Shown here piece by piece: positions 60,527 to 64,000 of a DNA stretch of 64,000 nucleotides. Every line of letters begins with the position of its first letter. Positions within the stretch are counted from its first letter, which is position 1. Position numbers and translations under genes: made by a program. This stretch comes from Trueperaceae bacterium (GTDB lineage Bacteria; Deinococcota; Deinococci; Deinococcales; Trueperaceae), in assembly GCA_040905465.1 (NCBI GenBank), contig JBBDRK010000069.1:1-64000 (forward strand), given 5' to 3'. The notes under the pieces are model-generated. The model worked only from the letters and a program-made list of their open reading frames with translations, was not told the origin of the DNA and searched no databases.

Positions 60527-62083
60527 TCAGCGGACCGGCCGGCGCAGCCCCTTCGGGTAGTGGTTCTTGATGATGTCACGGCTGCTCCGGCCCCATCCGA
60601 GCGGGAAGCCGGCAACGGTGACGAGCACCCAGCCGTCTTCGCCCGGCCGTTCGAGCTCCGCTCCGAGGAGATAAGCGTCGAGGCCGGCTTCGCCGGGCTG
60701 CAGGATCACGCTCCGCAGCGCATCTTCGCGCCGCAACGCCAGTGCCAACGAGTGCGACGGGGCGAAGCGCTCCCGGGATACCGAGCCCAGCCACAACCCG
60801 GGTCGCAGGACTCGCACGCCGGCCAGGTCGGGAGCCCCGGGCGGCACCGCGTAGAGGCCGTCGCGCTGAACGATGAGCGCGTGGTCCGGAAACGGATCTT
60901 CGGTCAGGTTGTCGCTGATGAACCCGCGCCAAAGCTCCTTCGCCTGACGCGACTCGGCCGAATCGCCGGCAGACTCGCCGGCAGACTTCCCGGCGGAGCC
61001 GCCGGCTGTCGCTCCGCTCCGGCCCTGCCCGTAGTTTCGCCGCCCCTCGTTCCTCCCGATTCGGGTCGACACCGGTCCCGTGTCCCCGGTTCTGTCGGCA
61101 GGCTCCGGGGGCGACTCGTGCCCTCTCCTCAGCAGCACCAGGAAGTGGCCTTCTCCGGCGTGCCGGTGGGGCCATATCCGCACGGCGCGACGCAACTCGG
61201 TTGCCCGTTCGCCACCGGCCCACTCGGGACGGCCGGAAGCGACTCCTGCCAAGCCGGTCTCGATCGCCTCCCAGTCCGGGCGCTCCGCCAGGAACCGCCC
61301 GATCACCTCCTCGTTCTCGGCCGGTTCCAGCGTGCAGGTGCTGTAGGCAAGCCGTCCACCCGGCCGTACCAGCCGCGCTGCCTCGGCCAGGAGAGCGTCC
61401 TGCCGGATAACGCATGACTTCACTATCTGCGGGCTCCAATGAGCGATCGCTTCGGGAGTCTTGCGGAACATGCCCTCTCCGGAGCACGGGGCGTCCAGAA
61501 GCACCGCGTCGAAGCGAGCCGACCACAGGTCGGCCAAGGTCCTCGGATCCGCGCTGGTCACCAGCGCTCGGCGCGCTCCCCAGCGCTCGAGATTCCTGCT
61601 CAGCTCACGGGCCCGGCCGCCATGGACGTCGTTCGCAACCAGTAGCCCACTGTCGCCGAGCAGCGCCGCAAGGTGCGTACTCTTGCCTCCAGGCGCGGCC
61701 GCGAGGTCGAGGACGCGTTCGCCGGCACGTGGCGCCAGTGCCTCGGCGACCGCCATGGCCGAGGGCTCCTGCAGGTAGTAGAGTCCCGCGGCGTGAAAGG
61801 GATGCCGGCCCGGGCTTCCGTCGAACTCCAGAACGAAGCCGGCTGGACACCACGGCACGGCTTCGAGCGACCACGAAGGCGGTCGCGTCGATCGAGACGG
61901 TGGCGATCGAGGCTGTGGCGGTACTGCCTGCGACAGGAGGCGCTCGAACGCGGCCGCCGAGAGCTTGAGGGTATTGACCCGCAGGCCTGTTACGGGAGGC
62001 TCCTGCAGGCTGAGCTCCAGCCGGTCGGCCTCCGGGCCGAGGAGCCGGCGCATGCGCGCTCGAAACTCGGAGGGCAGGTTCAG
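60527..62083 (-). CDS. rsmF: 16S rRNA m5C methyltransferase RsmF (RsmB/NOP2 family)
   Basis: YYLQEPSAM, DLAAAPGGKS, LDAPCSGEG, YSTCT, KNHYPKGLR; start probably CTG at 62083 (first ATG at 62053). Confidence 0.92.
   Translation of the reverse strand: MNLPSEFRARMRRLLGPEADRLELSLQEPPVTGLRVNTLKLSAAAFERLLSQAVPPQPRSPPSRSTRPPSWSLEAVPWCPAGFVLEFDGSPGRHPFHAAGLYYLQEPSAMAVAEALAPRAGERVLDLAAAPGGKSTHLAALLGDSGLLVANDVHGGRARELSRNLERWGARRALVTSADPRTLADLWSARFDAVLLDAPCSGEGMFRKTPEAIAHWSPQIVKSCVIRQDALLAEAARLVRPGGRLAYSTCTLEPAENEEVIGRFLAERPDWEAIETGLAGVASGRPEWAGGERATELRRAVRIWPHRHAGEGHFLVLLRRGHESPPEPADRTGDTGPVSTRIGRNEGRRNYGQGRSGATAGGSAGKSAGESAGDSAESRQAKELWRGFISDNLTEDPFPDHALIVQRDGLYAVPPGAPDLAGVRVLRPGLWLGSVSRERFAPSHSLALALRREDALRSVILQPGEAGLDAYLLGAELERPGEDGWVLVTVAGFPLGWGRSSRDIIKNHYPKGLRRPVR
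60955..61011 (-). repeat. 12-bp in-frame tandem repeat within an rsmF insertion
   Basis: Encodes AGGS-AGKS-AGES-AGDS-AES. Confidence 0.75.
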
Positions 62084-62631
62084 TCGTCGCCTCCACCGTC
62101 GAGTTCCGGGCCGCCTTCCTCGTCACCTTGCGTGCGGCTCGCTGCGCCCCTGCGATCGGCGCTACGCGCTTCGTTGGCCCGCAAGGCGGCTAGCTCGCCG
62201 AGCTGGCGGATCTCCTCGATGAACCGGTCTACCGAATCGAAGTCCCGGTAGACGCTCAGGAAGCGGATATAGGCGACGTCGTCGAGGCCCTTCAGGAATT
62301 TCAGGGTACGCAGGCCGACCTCCTCGGAGGCGATCTCCGGTGCCTGGATCTCGTCCTCGAATCCGTAGGCGAACTCACGCAACTGCTTCTCGGTCACCGG
62401 TCTCTTGTTGCAGGCGATGCGCAGCTTGTCGAGCAGCTTGTCGGGATTGAACGCCTCGCGACGGCCCGAGCGCTTGCTCACCATCAGTGCTTCGAACTGA
62501 GCTCGCTCATAGGTCGTGAAACGGCGGTGACAGTTGGCGCAATCGCGGCGACGGCGAATCGAGGTGCCTTCGTCGGACGGCCGTGAGTTGATCACTCGGG
62601 TGTCGTTCGATGTGCAGTAGGGGCATTTCAT
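62080..62631 (-). CDS. nrdR: Transcriptional repressor NrdR (in frame with upstream SDR-like ORF)
   Basis: MKCPYC, RRRRDC..C.RRFTTYE, ATP-cone, DDVAYIRF. Confidence 0.95.
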   Translation of the reverse strand: MKCPYCTSNDTRVINSRPSDEGTSIRRRRDCANCHRRFTTYERAQFEALMVSKRSGRREAFNPDKLLDKLRIACNKRPVTEKQLREFAYGFEDEIQAPEIASEEVGLRTLKFLKGLDDVAYIRFLSVYRDFDSVDRFIEEIRQLGELAALRANEARSADRRGAASRTQGDEEGGPELDGGGDD

Positions 62632-63489
62632 GGTAGCGCCATCGCCGAGCTGCCGGGCGCAGCCCGGCAGCTCTCTGGGGAATGCCACCTCGTCGGCGAA
62701 CTCTCGCTCGCCGTCGTCGCCGTCGTTGCCGTTGTCGAAGGAATCCTCGTTGCCGTCGTCGTAGAGGCTCGCCTCGAGGTCGTCCTGGCGCACGCTCGAG
62801 TCGAGCGCGGCCTGGACCTCCGGGAGGAGCGACTCCACGACCTTCGGCGGCGGAGGCAGCTCGACGTAAAGCTGCTGCCCACGTACCCCTTGCGCGGTTG
62901 CCGAGCCCAGGTACAGCACGCTGTCGATGAGAGCGGCATCGTGTCGAGGATCGGACGCCTGCCGCGACGGAACCACCATGTTCGCTCTCAACCGCTCGTA
63001 ACGATCTCCGAACCCGGCCACCATCCCGGACAGCGCTCCGCGTACCGCGGTCATCTGCGGCTCGTCGGCGCTCTCGGGCGGGGCGACCAGCACCAGCCAG
63101 CCCTCCCGCAGCACCTGGGCACAGACCTTTAGCGTCAGGTAGCTGCTCTTGATGTCCTCATCGAGCAACTCCACGAACTCGCTCTCCCCGAGAGCATGGA
63201 ACGGCGTGTGACTCCCGTAGGCTGCCACGTGAATCACGCCGTTGAGATCACCGAAGATCTCGTAGACCTTGTGAAAGGCGTTCAGGACGTCCATGTGGGT
63301 GGTCATGTCGGCCTGGATGGGGATGGCCTGGCCCCCGAGCTCCTCGATCTCCGCCGCCGTCTTGGATGCGAGATCGACGTCACGATCGGCGCACACAACG
63401 TCATGCCCACCATGGCCGCAGGCAAGGGCGACAGCCCGGCCGAAGCCCTGTCCGACATTAGTCACGAGCACCACGCTGGCTGTACCCAT
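62632..63489 (-). CDS. Atypical SDR-like domain with no stop codon before nrdR
   Basis: Rossmann TNVGQGFG, ADMT; YxxxK absent; acidic linker runs into NrdR. Confidence 0.75.
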
Positions 63490-63623
63490 AAGAGGTAGGA
63501 TACAGCCCATTCAGACGCGGCCACAAGGGATGCCGCGACCCACTGTGAATACCTTTATGGACGGCCCACCGCCCTGATCGGCTAGAACTGGACGGGGTGG
63601 GAGCGGCAACTGGAGGGCGTTGA

Positions 63624-64000
63624 GTGTTTTCTAGGCGAACCAGAGGACGGCGCGGCAGCGGCGAACCGTTTACCTACATCCAGGAGGGAACCGTGCTTCG
63701 CGGCGATCTCGAGGCAGCCGGCAGGGTCCGGATTCACGGGACCGTGCTGGGCAACGTCACGGTAGCCGGAGTTCTCGAGGTGGCCGCCGAAGGTATGGTG
63801 AAGGGCGATCGTGTCGAGGCCGATCAGGTGCGGATACTCGGTGCCGTCGAGGCGATGGTGTGCGCGGCCGGCAAGGTCGAGATCTGGCGCGGCGGCCAAC
63901 TGACCGGAGACGTAAGGGCGGCATCGCTCGACATCGAAGAGGGCGCGAGCTTCACCGGCCGGAGCGAGATGCGCCCACCCGGGTCTCCACCTGCCCTGCC
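63624..64000 (+). CDS. Bactofilin (polymer-forming cytoskeletal protein), partial
   Basis: GTG at 63624 after GGAGG: MFSRR..TYIQEGTVLRGDL..RIHGTVLGNV..GDVRAASLDIEEGASFTG; absent from the ORF track, runs off the window. Confidence 0.88.
   Translation, partial: MFSRRTRGRRGSGEPFTYIQEGTVLRGDLEAAGRVRIHGTVLGNVTVAGVLEVAAEGMVKGDRVEADQVRILGAVEAMVCAAGKVEIWRGGQLTGDVRAASLDIEEGASFTGRSEMRPPGSPPAL

Overview
High-GC bacterial chromosomal segment. It is most consistent with Deinococcota (Truepera/Trueperaceae-like), based on a V/A-ATPase subunit D tail, split pntA, futalosine-pathway mqnB, a HAIR-like site at clpB and pervasive leaderless TANNNT promoters; this assignment is an inference. Most genes are housekeeping (aap amino-acid ABC transporter, pilT, folC, serS, gatC, phoU/phoB/phoR-like, zwf/gnd, tyrS, pfkA, pntAB, clpB, rqcH, fba, mqnB, ftsY, gltX, uppP, rplM/rpsI, rsmF, nrdR, bactofilin). 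I saw no rRNA, tRNA, CRISPR array or transposase. Main observations: (1) an in-frame fusion of a catalytically degenerate SDR domain to NrdR; (2) a Tat-exported two-domain multicopper oxidase plus an extended ZIP transporter, behind a near-consensus promoter with a DtxR/MntR-type palindrome; (3) several tiny 'relay' ORFs that bridge adjacent genes via stop/start overlaps, one made by duplication of the rplM-rpsI junction; (4) an AapQ permease with SdrD-B-like Ca-binding insertions; (5) a probable CTG start codon for rsmF; (6) a BTAD-ATPase-TPR regulator paired with a lipoprotein subtilase; (7) two further apparent pseudo-enzymes (penicillin-acylase-like and HsdR_N-like). All family assignments come from motifs recognised by eye, not from database searches.
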